Origin: a virus
Virus record (IMG/VR): IMGVR_UViG_3300009151_000044
Span: 1-64,000 of that record
DNA length: 64,000 nucleotides
Direction: 5' to 3' (one strand)
How positions within the stretch are numbered: position 1 is the first letter of the stretch; each line of letters opens with the position of its first letter. The notes beneath the pieces were generated by a model. That model did not search any database. It was not told the DNA's origin and saw nothing but the letters and a program-made list of their open reading frames with translations. A program made the position numbers and the translations under genes. Shown here one piece after another: positions 22,401-30,422 of the stretch.

Positions 22401-25400
22401 ACCTCGCCAAGGCATGTTTGTAAACAGATTTGAAGCATTAAAACAATTCTTTGAAAAGACAAATTTAATTCTATCAAGTACACAAGTTGTAGGTAACGCT
22501 GATTTATCTTTATTAGATTCTTATGATCCTGAACCTAACATTAATTTAGGGTTATATGATACTGTATTTGATACTGATGCTGAATTAAGATTTGCCAACG
22601 TTGGCGCATTTAAACAAGCAGTCTTAAAACCAGTCATAGTAAACGGTTCAATTGTTTCAATCACAATCATTACTAAAGGTAACGGCTATGTTAATGCCCC
22701 GTATCTTGATATCTCAGGCACAGGAGTTGACGCAAAGATCAAAGCAGTTATAAATGCTAAGGGCCAGGTAGTTAGCGCATCAATTATTTCAGCAGGTAAG
22801 GGATATGATGATAATACAACAGTATCTATTAGAACTTACTCCGCATTAGTACATTCAGATACGCAGGCTTTAAATTCATGGAGCATTTATTCATATGATT
22901 TGTCTACACTGACTTGGTCAAGAGTTCAATCACAAAATTTTGATACTAGAAAATATTGGAAATATATTGATTGGTATGCCACAGGATACGGACAATATTC
23001 GTTGATAGATTTTGCTGTTAACACGTTTGTTGAGTTAACGACCATTGTTACTAATATTGGTCAAATAGTTAAAGTTAGAACAACCGGTGACGGTACTTGG
23101 CTGTTATTAAGAAAGTATGCTAACTCGACAGCAGTTGATTGGACTCAAAGTTATGAAGTGATTGGTATTCAAAATGGAACTATACAATTCTTACCTGAAT
23201 TGTATAGATTTGCTGGAACACCTTACGGCTATGACGGTTCGTTGTATGATGGATCAATATTTGATAATTCTGCCGCTCGGGAATTAAGAAATATTTTAAT
23301 TTGTTTACAAAAAAATATATTAATTGATGAACTAAAACAATACTACTTAGACTTATTCTTTGTATGCGTTCGTTATGCGCATTCTGAACAAAACTATCTT
23401 GATTGGATTTTTAAAACAAGTTTTGTTAAGGCACAACATAATGTCGGCGAATTAATACAAAAGGTCACATACAATAATGATAATTTAGCAGATTTTGAAG
23501 CATATATTACTGAAGTAAAACCTTATAGAACAAAAGTTAGAGAATACATAAGTTCTTATTCTAAAACAGATACCAGCGAGTTATCTCTAACTGATTTTGA
23601 TTTACAGCCAACGTATCGCTCACAGAGTCAATCTACAATTGAAACCAAAGTAATTAACGAAGCGATTGAAGTTGATGATAGTTTAATATCTTCATACCCT
23701 TGGAAACACTGGGCAGATAATGTTGGGTTTAAAGTTACTGAACTTAAGATAGTTGACGGAGGAGCTGGATACCACTTGCCTCCAATAATTAGAATCGCTA
23801 GTAAGTCTGGAACAGGAGCAACTGCCCGAGCATTTATTTCAAACGGTAAAGTTAATAGAATTGTGTTGTTAACGCCCGGTGCTAGTTACTTAAACGCTCC
23901 AACAGTTTTAGTTGAAGGCGGCCTAAATGAAGGCGGCACAGCTGCACAGGTTGTTGCTTATATAGGAAACGGAGTTGTTCGTTCTAGTCTAATTAAAATG
24001 AAATTTGATAGACTCACACAAAATTATTTTATTACAAAATTAGAAGAGTCTGAATCTTTTACCGGAACAGGTAGTCGTTTACAATTTCCATTAAAATGGT
24101 CTCCAGATATTAGAATTGGTAAATCGTCTGTGACAATTAACGGAGTTGATGTGCTACGTGACAATTACAAATTACTGACAGTTAAATCAACAGTACGGGG
24201 TTATACAAGTTATTCTGGATCTATTATTTTTACAAAAGCAATAGCTAAAGATTCTGTAATTTTAGTTTCTTATTTAAAAGATTGGGGATTACTAAATGCA
24301 GCTGACAGGATTCAGTATTACTATAATCCACAAACTGGTGATTTAGGTAAAGATTTGTCACAATTAATGACCGGAGTTGATTACGGTGGCGTTATAATGA
24401 ACGGTCTTGGCCTAAATGTTAGCCAAGGGTGGGATAGCACACCTTACTATACTGACAGATGGGATAGTGTTGATACTACTTTTGACGATTATATTGTGTC
24501 GGTAGCGGCCAATACTCACGTGTTTACCTTGCCGTATGTCCCTGAATCGGGGGTTGAAATCAATACGTATCATATTAAATTGTATCAACAATCATATGCT
24601 GCCAATGGTTTGGATTATCAGTATGACGTGGCTGCTGGGTCATTAAAGGTAGTGATATCTAAAACTGTTACTACTACTGTACAGAATATTGCAGGCGGAT
24701 ATGTTTTATCAGTGCCAAGCACAACCGGTATCAACATAAATGATATTATTACAACCAGCACCAATAATACCTTTGGTTATAACACAAAAGTCACTGAAAT
24801 AATTAATTCGACAGCAGTACGACTGGATCAAATTATATTTGGAACTATTGGAATCGGCAGTGCCATAGTTATTACCCGCACATTAGTAAAAAATATTGAC
24901 TATGTAGTTAGTATAATTGGGCTTGTATCATTAACACAATCGGCACCCGTAGGCAGTACAATAACAATTAGCTCGCCATTAGCTCCTGTTAGATTAGATC
25001 CAACAGTTGTTCCGACTTTTATTGGCGACAATGACGCGGATGTTATTACAATTCCTAGCGGATATACTGTAAATGCTGGCGATGAATTTATTTTCCGTAA
25101 GAGTACTAGTGATGGATCAATTAAACCTCAAGAAGCGGATTACGATACTGCCCTTACCGGCGGCAATTTAGCATATAGTTCTGCTACTGGATTGAACGCA
25201 GAAGATATTATTGTTGACGGTGACGGATTTGTTACGCCTACAACTAGCCCTGCCACAGAAGAAGTCGTTCCGGGTCAAATTTTTGATACAGTTGCTATTA
25301 AAGTATACGAAAAACCCGGCGCAGGTTCTGCCAATATTAAAGTAGATAATTATGTTGGAAATAACAGTCAAGTTGAATATGCGATTACTCAGCAAATCAA

Positions 25401-27615
25401 TAGTCCGCAGGCTGTAATTGTAAAAATAACTGACGGAACATCTACGTCAGTTATCAAGACTATGGACGATGATTATATTGTTAATTTTAATACTCGCACT
25501 ATTAAATTTAATACAGCGCCTACCGCAACACAAATTATTTCGATATTCAGCTTTGGATTTAGTGGATCAAATATTTTAGATCTTGATTATTTTGTTGGTA
25601 ATAATATAACTACAGAATTTATTACTAAAGCACCATGGCTATCAGATATTACTGCGTTGGTATATCTTGACGGTATGCCTGAAGAAGTTGAATTATTTGA
25701 AACAGATGCCACATACGAAAGTAATAAAAGAGTTGGAATACGATTCAACGCTGCCCCGACTGCTGGAACTATTATAAATTTTGTAGTCGTTAGTGGTAAT
25801 GAACAAACGTTTGCTATAACCAAGACTGAAAAGATTGCCACTGACGGACGAGAAAATAGAGATATAGCTACTGGTTTATTAAATGGGACATCAACGTACG
25901 ATTTACAAAATAAAATTGGAAATAGTCTTCCTGCCGAAACCAGCATGATTGTAAGAGTTGACCAAACAATTTTACCAGCAGCCAACAACATTTACTATAA
26001 AATTAAATCAAATAAGTTAACATATACTATTGATAAAAACAAATACGCACAGTATGGTTTAGACGTTGCTGACATTTCAGTATACGTTGGCAATATTATG
26101 CTTGTGTTAGGAACAGACTATGTGGTAGATCTTAGCGGAATCAGTATTAAAATCACAGCTCATATTCGTAGTTTGTATATTAACCAGCAATTGGTTATCA
26201 GTGTAATAAAAAACACGTTAGTAGAAGGTGGTTTCTATAGGTACCTGCCGGGTATTAATAATACTCAACCACAAATTATGTTTAATCAAGTCTATGATTC
26301 ATCACACGTTGTTGAAGTTATAAGTTCTTATAAACATGACATATTAGATATCCAACGAACTTCAGTTACAGTTTCGTCTAATATTAGTTTTACTCCTGAT
26401 ACAATTGAATATTTTAATTACACAGGAGTATCTGGAGGAGTCATTAATCTTGATAGACCTGTAATTAACGATAATTATGTTTGGGTGATTAGTAACGGCG
26501 CATTGTTAGTACCGGGAATTGATTTTAAATTAAATTCAGACAAACAAAGTATTACCTTATCAGCATACCCGGCTGCTGACGATGAATTTACATTAATGAC
26601 TTACGGTAGTAATGTATTAAAATCTGGAATTTCATACATGCAGTTTAAAGATATGTTAAACCGAGTTCATTACAAACGACTAAGTTTAAATAAACAAACA
26701 TCATTAGTAACAAATCTATCATGGAACGATACTATTATTACTGTAGTCGATGCTAGCAAATTTGACGAACCGAATCCTGCTGTAAATAAACCTGGGGTAA
26801 TTGAAATACGTGGAGAGCGTATTGAATACTTTACTAAAATTGGTAATGTTCTAAGTCAATTACGACGAGGAACATTGGGCACTGGAACGCCAACTGTTCA
26901 CCGTGCTGGATCGTTTGTCCAAGACATTGGCCCAAGTGAAACTATTCCGTATGCTGAAAATACAGTTATTGAACAAGTTATAGCAGACGGAACTGACAGG
27001 GTTAATTTAATTAAAATTACTCCGGGATTATACACTTTTACTAACCCCAATACTAAAATTACTAAGACACTACCACACGATATTGAGGTATTTGTTGGCG
27101 GATATAATATTGGAGCTGAGTGGGCGGCTAATGTACCATACTCTGTTGGTATGTTTGTAACCCTAGGAAGTTACACATATAAGTGCACGATTGAACATAC
27201 TAGTGCTAGTACATTCCATGCTGATATTTTAAATTGGACATTCTTTATTGGAAACATTCGTTTAAAGAAAGACTTGTATGCTGTTTATAATGTAAACAAT
27301 CACCCAGACAGTACAGAAGGTGATGTTTCTTTTGACGCAGAATTTACAGTAGATGGGACATCAAAACAATTAATGTTAGCAACTCCGTTAACATTTGGCA
27401 CACAGGTTACAGTTGTTAAACGTACATTAACTTATTGGGATAGTACAACTAATATATTAAACGATAATAATAAAATATCAGGCTTCTTAAAAGCAGAGCC
27501 CGGTGTGTGGTATACAAATATCGGTAAATACGGCAATACTAACAATGTAGGAGCATCGTTTGACAACAATAATGCTACATTTGATGATATAACTACAACA
27601 TTTGATAGAGGATAA
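13492..27615 (+). CDS. Giant multidomain baseplate/virion structural protein (gp7-like position), 4707 aa
   Basis: Uninterrupted 14.1-kb ORF after gp6; FG-GAP-like propeller repeats, CBM5/12-like W..Y..G..V.Y motifs, G.GY repeats and Ig-like V.LNG..L....DY repeats. Confidence 0.8.
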   Translation: MADSINPNKNKVSSFLPRFYRSDSNKKFTQATLDQLVQPGTVDKLNGFVGRKNAKASTGKDIFIKEISDQRQNYQLEPGMVIKDALDNVTFFKDYIDYINQLDVFGGNVKNHARLNKQEFYSWDPHIDWDKFVNFQNYYWLPYGPDVIAIAGQQQKIESTYTVTVETEGNSFEYVFTPNGLTRNPTIKLYKGQTYKFEINSPGNPFSIKTVRSLGTLDRYKTFGLDGVAVENGTITFTVPTDAPDVLYYVSESDIDLGGVFQIFSINENTKIDVEQEIIGKKNYSLANGTALSNGMKVKFIGGVMPLSYASGEYYVEGVGTAIILINASELALISAYTQSESILFDSTPFDNMPFSDATAFAGTPDYIAINRASLDKNPWSRYNRWFHIDVVNSSAAFNNKIPSLDQNARAVRPIIEFEPGLKLFNFGLQSVADIDLIDTYTTDVFSTIEGSLGYNVDGIPLVQGQRVLFTADSDGFVNNKIYKVEFIDVLHLNTGSRQIHLVLETEPALHNVVLVKQGTSNVGKSYWFDGSTWIAGQQKTILNQPPLFDIVDDNIVSYGDTNAYEGSTFKGTKLFSYKIGTGAADGKLGFPLTYKNISNIGDIVFNFNILTDTFRYKDLANVIDKNINVGYLTLISPETKAIKYANGWKTSLATHNQAAIRIYKNSNLTNNFEIDIFDNKDDLTDLVVRLYVNGRRLDKSLWTIVTGPVYKKIVLTTDISIDDVLTIKTFARQPINTKGYYETPINLQNNPLNNNLADFTLGEVIDHVSSIVDNVEAFEGNYPGAGNLRDLGDITPYGTKFVQHSGPMGLALYHITNQENNIIRAIENAKNDYNKFKRNFISIIDSLEVYSTDVVTQVNLILQAINKDKPASVAYYFSDMLGYSANQYNEYPVIDYRIQSYPLVSTFSLTNLSNQAVYIYLNGTQLVYKKDYTFDGQGFVVISATLHNDDTIGIYEYENTDGCFIPQTPTKLGIWPRYEPKIYLDTSLVTPRTMIQGHDGSQVLAYGDYRDDLILELEKRIFNNVKVEYDASIFDINDFLPSYVRTTEYDLTEFNEVLSTQFYKWTRLIDRDFTKPLSYDRENSLTYNYQGHTAIDGRSVPGYWRGIYRWMLDTDRPNLCPWESLGFTIQPAWWETVYGPAPYTRDNLVLWQDLSQGLVKEPGKPVVILEKYVRPFLANSIPVDENGNILGPILSNLVNGPNTVSISNDFVFGDVSPIEAAWRRGSYYPFSFLITAMLTAPAKTFGLLLDRSRVIRNLTGQLVYKDTGLRIRPTDVVLPSIYSSTTRVQTAGVINYIIDYVLSDNLRSYTDYSYNLKHLNMQLSYRLGAFTSKEKFNLLLDSKTPSSSGSVFVPQEDYNIILNVSSPVKKITYSGVIVTKLPDGFEVKGYSQIQPYFKYFPYIKNGPTINIGGISESFSTWTAGEQYAVGKVVKYNNRYYRVKVFHVSSSVFNEAYVQPLGSLPIIGGQEAVFRTEWDISVEITVPYGTKFRTIQETVDFIIGYGEWLKSQGFIFDDFNNNIALITNWETSAKEFLFWTTQNWSSGQEKWAEWTPFTTTEYQEIIRYNGDYYQAIRKSVSENLFIEDDYVKLDGLSTVGSSVISLSPSASKVTFSIPYSVVDDIKNPFHEYEIFKVDGSPMPPRLINSYREDNAVSYASVTTDGIFGATFFLVQKEQVVLINNSTMFNDTIYNPESGYRQERIKVAGYVSTNWFGGFDVPGFIFDQANIQVWSSWTDYALGDIIKYKEFYYSANQFTPGTETFIPSNWIKLDTKPTPRLIPNWTYKASQFEDFYSLDSDNFDIGQQRAAQHLIGYQKRQYLENIIKDDVSEYKFYQGMIIEKGTQNVLNKLFDVLSAEGQESIVFDEEWAVRVGQYGASAAFENIEFILPESLFKNNPQGFELANSTDTVSQDFIIRQTPNDVYLKPLGYNNNPWPVVKNYTPYLRTPGYVRQHEVTEVLITLDDIVNSDIDKINNGDYIWCGFEGREWNVYKYVPSNFTVLNVTYDPGSSELFLETDALVKLRPGEYIGIEGDKNLRGIEQITFKGFYKVIRLELNVVVLSASLKSAPNFAPNLIIPVFVLQSQRVSSIDTADSIITSQPTNGDLLWTDNSGDGKWATWKFNNVYKSTQIAGYLPTKGLEFGRTIAVNKGGNLSAISSGNGDVLIYSKSVPGVPWSTTQRISKPFTSLGLDIWSSEVSYAQGTIVFYVNGWYQANDIVPARVTPPSSVAHWTKIYFSDVVALSPDGTWLAVGSPSASNVSVSTTISELITVNRSGTPSELTNQGVVSLYKKNNADLFSLVDTFTSPSSVDNEKFGSNLVFGDNVLFVGAIGRNNNAGRVYQLNYTAVPYATVLYNPIGSIDATIKTTIPVGTVEVGMTIVGTGFTSGQKVKQILSPTLYVLTAPPDTTPSGRLSFVVTQWVYDNNTGIGTGAAPNDQFGYAINVSGDSSTLAISAPDAESVHVYKKVSGVYTLVQTVTGTDSRFGESISLSDTAEYLAVSSILVDDKEIDQGAVFVYKNINGSFITYQNLTNVMPEAAEHFGSKISFMNDYGSIVVYSTAADTFVPTTFDTGTTTFDDKLTKIITRQLNSGRVDIYDRYATKWVFSESLPTINSEYDLYGASVVVGANHVFVGAPNAVDRTLRAGIVYEYSKLANTYSWSILHKEINKLDLTKIKSAFLYNKKTNKLLTYLDVIDPVQGKIPGVAEQEIKFKTFYDPAVYCSPIGTAIADKSVNIDDGMAWTKDQVGMLWWDLRSAKFLDSHDNDPVYRNSTWSTLFPGASIDIYEWVESTLLPAAWNEQADTDAGITLGISGTTLYGNNVYSYEKRYDNVGKVTKYKYYYWVKNKKTIPNIINRNMSAQDVSNLISNPRGEGYKFVALTGTNSFSLFNISNLLKDTDVVLSVQYWIADHIDQNIHSQWKIISRNKNTVLPTAIETKWFDSLCGKDQQGRLVPDNSLPPKLQYGIENRPRQGMFVNRFEALKQFFEKTNLILSSTQVVGNADLSLLDSYDPEPNINLGLYDTVFDTDAELRFANVGAFKQAVLKPVIVNGSIVSITIITKGNGYVNAPYLDISGTGVDAKIKAVINAKGQVVSASIISAGKGYDDNTTVSIRTYSALVHSDTQALNSWSIYSYDLSTLTWSRVQSQNFDTRKYWKYIDWYATGYGQYSLIDFAVNTFVELTTIVTNIGQIVKVRTTGDGTWLLLRKYANSTAVDWTQSYEVIGIQNGTIQFLPELYRFAGTPYGYDGSLYDGSIFDNSAARELRNILICLQKNILIDELKQYYLDLFFVCVRYAHSEQNYLDWIFKTSFVKAQHNVGELIQKVTYNNDNLADFEAYITEVKPYRTKVREYISSYSKTDTSELSLTDFDLQPTYRSQSQSTIETKVINEAIEVDDSLISSYPWKHWADNVGFKVTELKIVDGGAGYHLPPIIRIASKSGTGATARAFISNGKVNRIVLLTPGASYLNAPTVLVEGGLNEGGTAAQVVAYIGNGVVRSSLIKMKFDRLTQNYFITKLEESESFTGTGSRLQFPLKWSPDIRIGKSSVTINGVDVLRDNYKLLTVKSTVRGYTSYSGSIIFTKAIAKDSVILVSYLKDWGLLNAADRIQYYYNPQTGDLGKDLSQLMTGVDYGGVIMNGLGLNVSQGWDSTPYYTDRWDSVDTTFDDYIVSVAANTHVFTLPYVPESGVEINTYHIKLYQQSYAANGLDYQYDVAAGSLKVVISKTVTTTVQNIAGGYVLSVPSTTGININDIITTSTNNTFGYNTKVTEIINSTAVRLDQIIFGTIGIGSAIVITRTLVKNIDYVVSIIGLVSLTQSAPVGSTITISSPLAPVRLDPTVVPTFIGDNDADVITIPSGYTVNAGDEFIFRKSTSDGSIKPQEADYDTALTGGNLAYSSATGLNAEDIIVDGDGFVTPTTSPATEEVVPGQIFDTVAIKVYEKPGAGSANIKVDNYVGNNSQVEYAITQQINSPQAVIVKITDGTSTSVIKTMDDDYIVNFNTRTIKFNTAPTATQIISIFSFGFSGSNILDLDYFVGNNITTEFITKAPWLSDITALVYLDGMPEEVELFETDATYESNKRVGIRFNAAPTAGTIINFVVVSGNEQTFAITKTEKIATDGRENRDIATGLLNGTSTYDLQNKIGNSLPAETSMIVRVDQTILPAANNIYYKIKSNKLTYTIDKNKYAQYGLDVADISVYVGNIMLVLGTDYVVDLSGISIKITAHIRSLYINQQLVISVIKNTLVEGGFYRYLPGINNTQPQIMFNQVYDSSHVVEVISSYKHDILDIQRTSVTVSSNISFTPDTIEYFNYTGVSGGVINLDRPVINDNYVWVISNGALLVPGIDFKLNSDKQSITLSAYPAADDEFTLMTYGSNVLKSGISYMQFKDMLNRVHYKRLSLNKQTSLVTNLSWNDTIITVVDASKFDEPNPAVNKPGVIEIRGERIEYFTKIGNVLSQLRRGTLGTGTPTVHRAGSFVQDIGPSETIPYAENTVIEQVIADGTDRVNLIKITPGLYTFTNPNTKITKTLPHDIEVFVGGYNIGAEWAANVPYSVGMFVTLGSYTYKCTIEHTSASTFHADILNWTFFIGNIRLKKDLYAVYNVNNHPDSTEGDVSFDAEFTVDGTSKQLMLATPLTFGTQVTVVKRTLTYWDSTTNILNDNNKISGFLKAEPGVWYTNIGKYGNTNNVGASFDNNNATFDDITTTFDRG

Positions 27616-27619
27616 AAAT

Positions 27620-28735
27620 ATGGCAAAGCAAGTAATAGAGATAGGGTCGCGAGCAAATGACGGCACTGGCGATTCGATCCGCATCGGCGCACAGAAAATT
27701 AATGATAATTTTACTGAGCTATATTCAAACGCAGTGCCGTCTCCTGCTGGTCAAAGCGGAAAGTATTTAACTACTGACGGGACTGCCGTTACATGGGGAA
27801 CGGCAACAGTTTCTAACATAACAGGAAATGCTGCAACCGTTACAAATGGAGTTTATATTAACGGCAGTTATTCAAATCCGTCGTGGATTACTAATTTAGA
27901 TCCTAGTAAAGTGTTACCAACTCAGTCTAGTCATATTGGGCAATTCTTAACAACTGACGGTAGTACTATTAGTTGGGGGCCAGTGATACAACCAGAGCAA
28001 CTTCAAAGCGATTGGGCTCAAAGTAATACTGCTTCCTTAGATTTTATTAAAAATAAACCAACAATCCCTACAAACACTAACCAACTTGCTAACGGTGCTG
28101 GGTTTCTTACATCAAATGGTATACCTAATCAAACTGGAAATACTGGAAAATATTTAAGCACAAATGGATCAGTGTTGTCTTGGAATACAGTAAACGCACA
28201 ACTACAAAGCGATTGGACTCAAAGTAATACTGCTTCCTTAGATTTTATTAAAAACAAACCAACAATTAACACGCTTGTACCTAGTCAAACCGGTAATAGT
28301 GGAAAATATTTAAGCACTGATGGATCAACAGTATCATGGGCATCAAGTTCCGGACTAGGTGCTCGACTAATAGTATCGGCAACAACCGCTTCTCTTTCTA
28401 GTGGTGTCGCCGGAGTAGTTACTGCTTCAGGATTCAAAGGATATGCGTTATTAAGTATACAAGTTAGTGCCGGCGCATGGGTTACAGTTTATACTAGTTC
28501 TGCTGCACAATCAGCAGACAGTGGTAGAGCTATATCTACTGATCCTACACCTGGTAGTGGAGTTGTTGCTGAGTCGGTTACTACTACTGCTACTACAACA
28601 TATTTTTCTCCAGCTATAATTGGTTATAGTAGTGAAGCAGTACCGAATACGAACATTCCGTTGAAAGTTTATAATAATAGTGGGTCAACCGCAACAATCA
28701 CGGTTACACTAACTCTATTAAAATTGGAAGTATAA
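27620..28735 (+). CDS. Virion fibre/decoration protein with gp9/gp10-like N-terminus
   Basis: MAKQVIEIGSRANDGTGDSIR....KINDNFTELY N-terminal motif; four G.YL.TDG...SW repeats; two QSDW.Q.....FIKNKP repeats. Start at ATG 27620 after GAGG. Confidence 0.75.
   Translation: MAKQVIEIGSRANDGTGDSIRIGAQKINDNFTELYSNAVPSPAGQSGKYLTTDGTAVTWGTATVSNITGNAATVTNGVYINGSYSNPSWITNLDPSKVLPTQSSHIGQFLTTDGSTISWGPVIQPEQLQSDWAQSNTASLDFIKNKPTIPTNTNQLANGAGFLTSNGIPNQTGNTGKYLSTNGSVLSWNTVNAQLQSDWTQSNTASLDFIKNKPTINTLVPSQTGNSGKYLSTDGSTVSWASSSGLGARLIVSATTASLSSGVAGVVTASGFKGYALLSIQVSAGAWVTVYTSSAAQSADSGRAISTDPTPGSGVVAESVTTTATTTYFSPAIIGYSSEAVPNTNIPLKVYNNSGSTATITVTLTLLKLEV
28004..28266 (+). repeat. 62-bp direct repeat, two copies (28004-28065 and 28205-28266)
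   Basis: caaagcgattgg(g/a)ctcaaagtaatactgcttccttagattttattaaaaa(t/c)aaaccaacaat, 2 mismatches, in frame. Confidence 0.9.
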
Positions 28736-28736
28736 T

Positions 28737-30362
28737 ATGTCGACAATCTCCACTCAAGAAATAATAATCAGTGTATATCTTAAAAAGGATAATCACGAAA
28801 ATGGCATGACATTACAAGAATATGCTGACGGAGTAATTGCCGGAACCCAGCCAATTCTAAGTAATGATCAATACGCATATCAATTCGGAGCAGTTGAAGA
28901 TCAAGTTAATCTAGTAATAAATTGGGCAGAAGTTAATAACTTAACAGTGATAGAATCAAATGTTGGAGCAGCCTTAATAAAACTCCAAGGAACCGCCGAC
29001 CAATTTGATTCGTTGTTTACTATCTCAATAAAAACGGTAATTGACGGAGATAGGGAATATCTTACACATGACGGCACTTTAATAGTTCCTACAGAAATTG
29101 ACGATGTTGTACAAGCCGTTCTTGGTTTAGACAATTCGGTTAGTTTTTCGCACAATGCTATACTTGATCCAACCGTTGATCCTTCAGTAGACCCTAGTCT
29201 AATAACTAGCCCAACTCCGGTCGATCTAGCACTTGCCTATAAATTTCCAAGATCTCCGGGGTCAGATCTAGTACAAGGTAACGGTGCGTGTGTTGCTATT
29301 ATTGAACTAGGCGGCGGCTGGACTACACAAAATTTAACAAGTACATTTAGTCGAATTGGGCAACCTAATCCTACGGTAGTTGATGTATTAGTCGATGGCG
29401 GGACAAACAACCCGTCAGACGTGGGTAGTAGTGGTGAAGTGATGCTTGATATATATTGTGTGGCAGCGGTGGCGCCAGCTGCAAAAATTGCCATGTATTT
29501 TGCCCCAAACAGTTATCAAGGATTTATAGATACAATCACAACCCCGACAAATGATACAGTAAATAATCCTAGTGTTATTAGTGTCAGTTGGGGAACAACT
29601 GACACTAATTGGGGGTCAACTGCCCGAGCCGCATTTGAAGCGGCACTTCAAGCCGCTACAGTTAAAGGAATTACAGTATTCATAGCCGCCGGCGACTACG
29701 GTGTTAGAGCTATTAGTGGCGGCCCAACATATTCTTTACAATATCCAGGATCAAGCCCCTACTGTGTATGTGCTGGCGGAACTGTAGTATCTATCAACAA
29801 TGACTATTCAATTGCTAGCGAAGAGCCCTGGGGAACCAGTGGCGGGTCGTACGCCGGCGGTGGCGGCGTCAGTTCAATATTTCCAGTACCGGCATGGCAA
29901 ACGGGATTTAGTAGTAAAACATATCCCGGCAATTCTATAGTACCGCTAGGTGGCCGCGGCATTCCTGATGTGTCTGCTCACGCAGTCGGATACTTCTTTT
30001 ATTATGGTGCTCCGAACTACTCAGGTAGCTTTGTAGGAACTAGTGCCACTGCTCCGCTACTATCAGGAATGATGGCTAGATTAAATCAACTGTCCGGGCG
30101 ACGAATTGGATTTGTTAATTCAGATTGGTATAGTGTAAGAACAACCGCGTTCAATGATCAAATAACAGGCGACAACCACGGAGGAAACACTGTAGGTTAT
30201 AAGGCCACTGCTGGATGGGATGCGACAACGGGCTTAGGAAGTCCTATCGGTACGGAGTTGTATAAGTTATATAAAATTGGCACAACTTTTCCGAAACGTA
30301 ATAACGGTTTTAGACCTACTAGCGGACAAGTATATCCTAGAACAACAACAGGTGTTCGATAA
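28737..30362 (+). CDS. Sedolisin/kumamolisin-family (S53) serine-carboxyl peptidase with pro-domain
   Basis: N-terminal pro-domain to about VLGLDN; VAIIELGGG; catalytic EVMLD (Glu/Asp); ISVSWG; AAGDYG oxyanion Asp; GRGIPDVSA; GTSATAP (Ser); GWDATTGLGSP calcium site. Confidence 0.92.
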   Translation: MSTISTQEIIISVYLKKDNHENGMTLQEYADGVIAGTQPILSNDQYAYQFGAVEDQVNLVINWAEVNNLTVIESNVGAALIKLQGTADQFDSLFTISIKTVIDGDREYLTHDGTLIVPTEIDDVVQAVLGLDNSVSFSHNAILDPTVDPSVDPSLITSPTPVDLALAYKFPRSPGSDLVQGNGACVAIIELGGGWTTQNLTSTFSRIGQPNPTVVDVLVDGGTNNPSDVGSSGEVMLDIYCVAAVAPAAKIAMYFAPNSYQGFIDTITTPTNDTVNNPSVISVSWGTTDTNWGSTARAAFEAALQAATVKGITVFIAAGDYGVRAISGGPTYSLQYPGSSPYCVCAGGTVVSINNDYSIASEEPWGTSGGSYAGGGGVSSIFPVPAWQTGFSSKTYPGNSIVPLGGRGIPDVSAHAVGYFFYYGAPNYSGSFVGTSATAPLLSGMMARLNQLSGRRIGFVNSDWYSVRTTAFNDQITGDNHGGNTVGYKATAGWDATTGLGSPIGTELYKLYKIGTTFPKRNNGFRPTSGQVYPRTTTGVR

Positions 30363-30394
30363 GCAATCGATTAAACTACCACATTATATACATT

Positions 30395-30402
30395 GATAAA
30401 TA
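30395..30402 (+). promoter_or_regulatory. Late-promoter-like motif (GATAAATA)
   Basis: Intergenic, 20 nt before ATG 30423. Confidence 0.65.
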
Positions 30403-30422
30403 TAAGATAAAGAGAGAGTATT

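Noticed and set aside
13492-27615. Intein or tape-measure identity for the giant ORF
   Set aside because: No intein splice or LAGLIDADG motifs were recognised, and the composition is beta-rich and aromatic rather than helical.
28004-28266. Repeat pairs (here and at 41457-42098) as diversity-generating retroelement TR/VR
   Set aside because: Both copies are in frame within the same gene, the mismatches are not adenine-specific, and there is no reverse transcriptase in the window.
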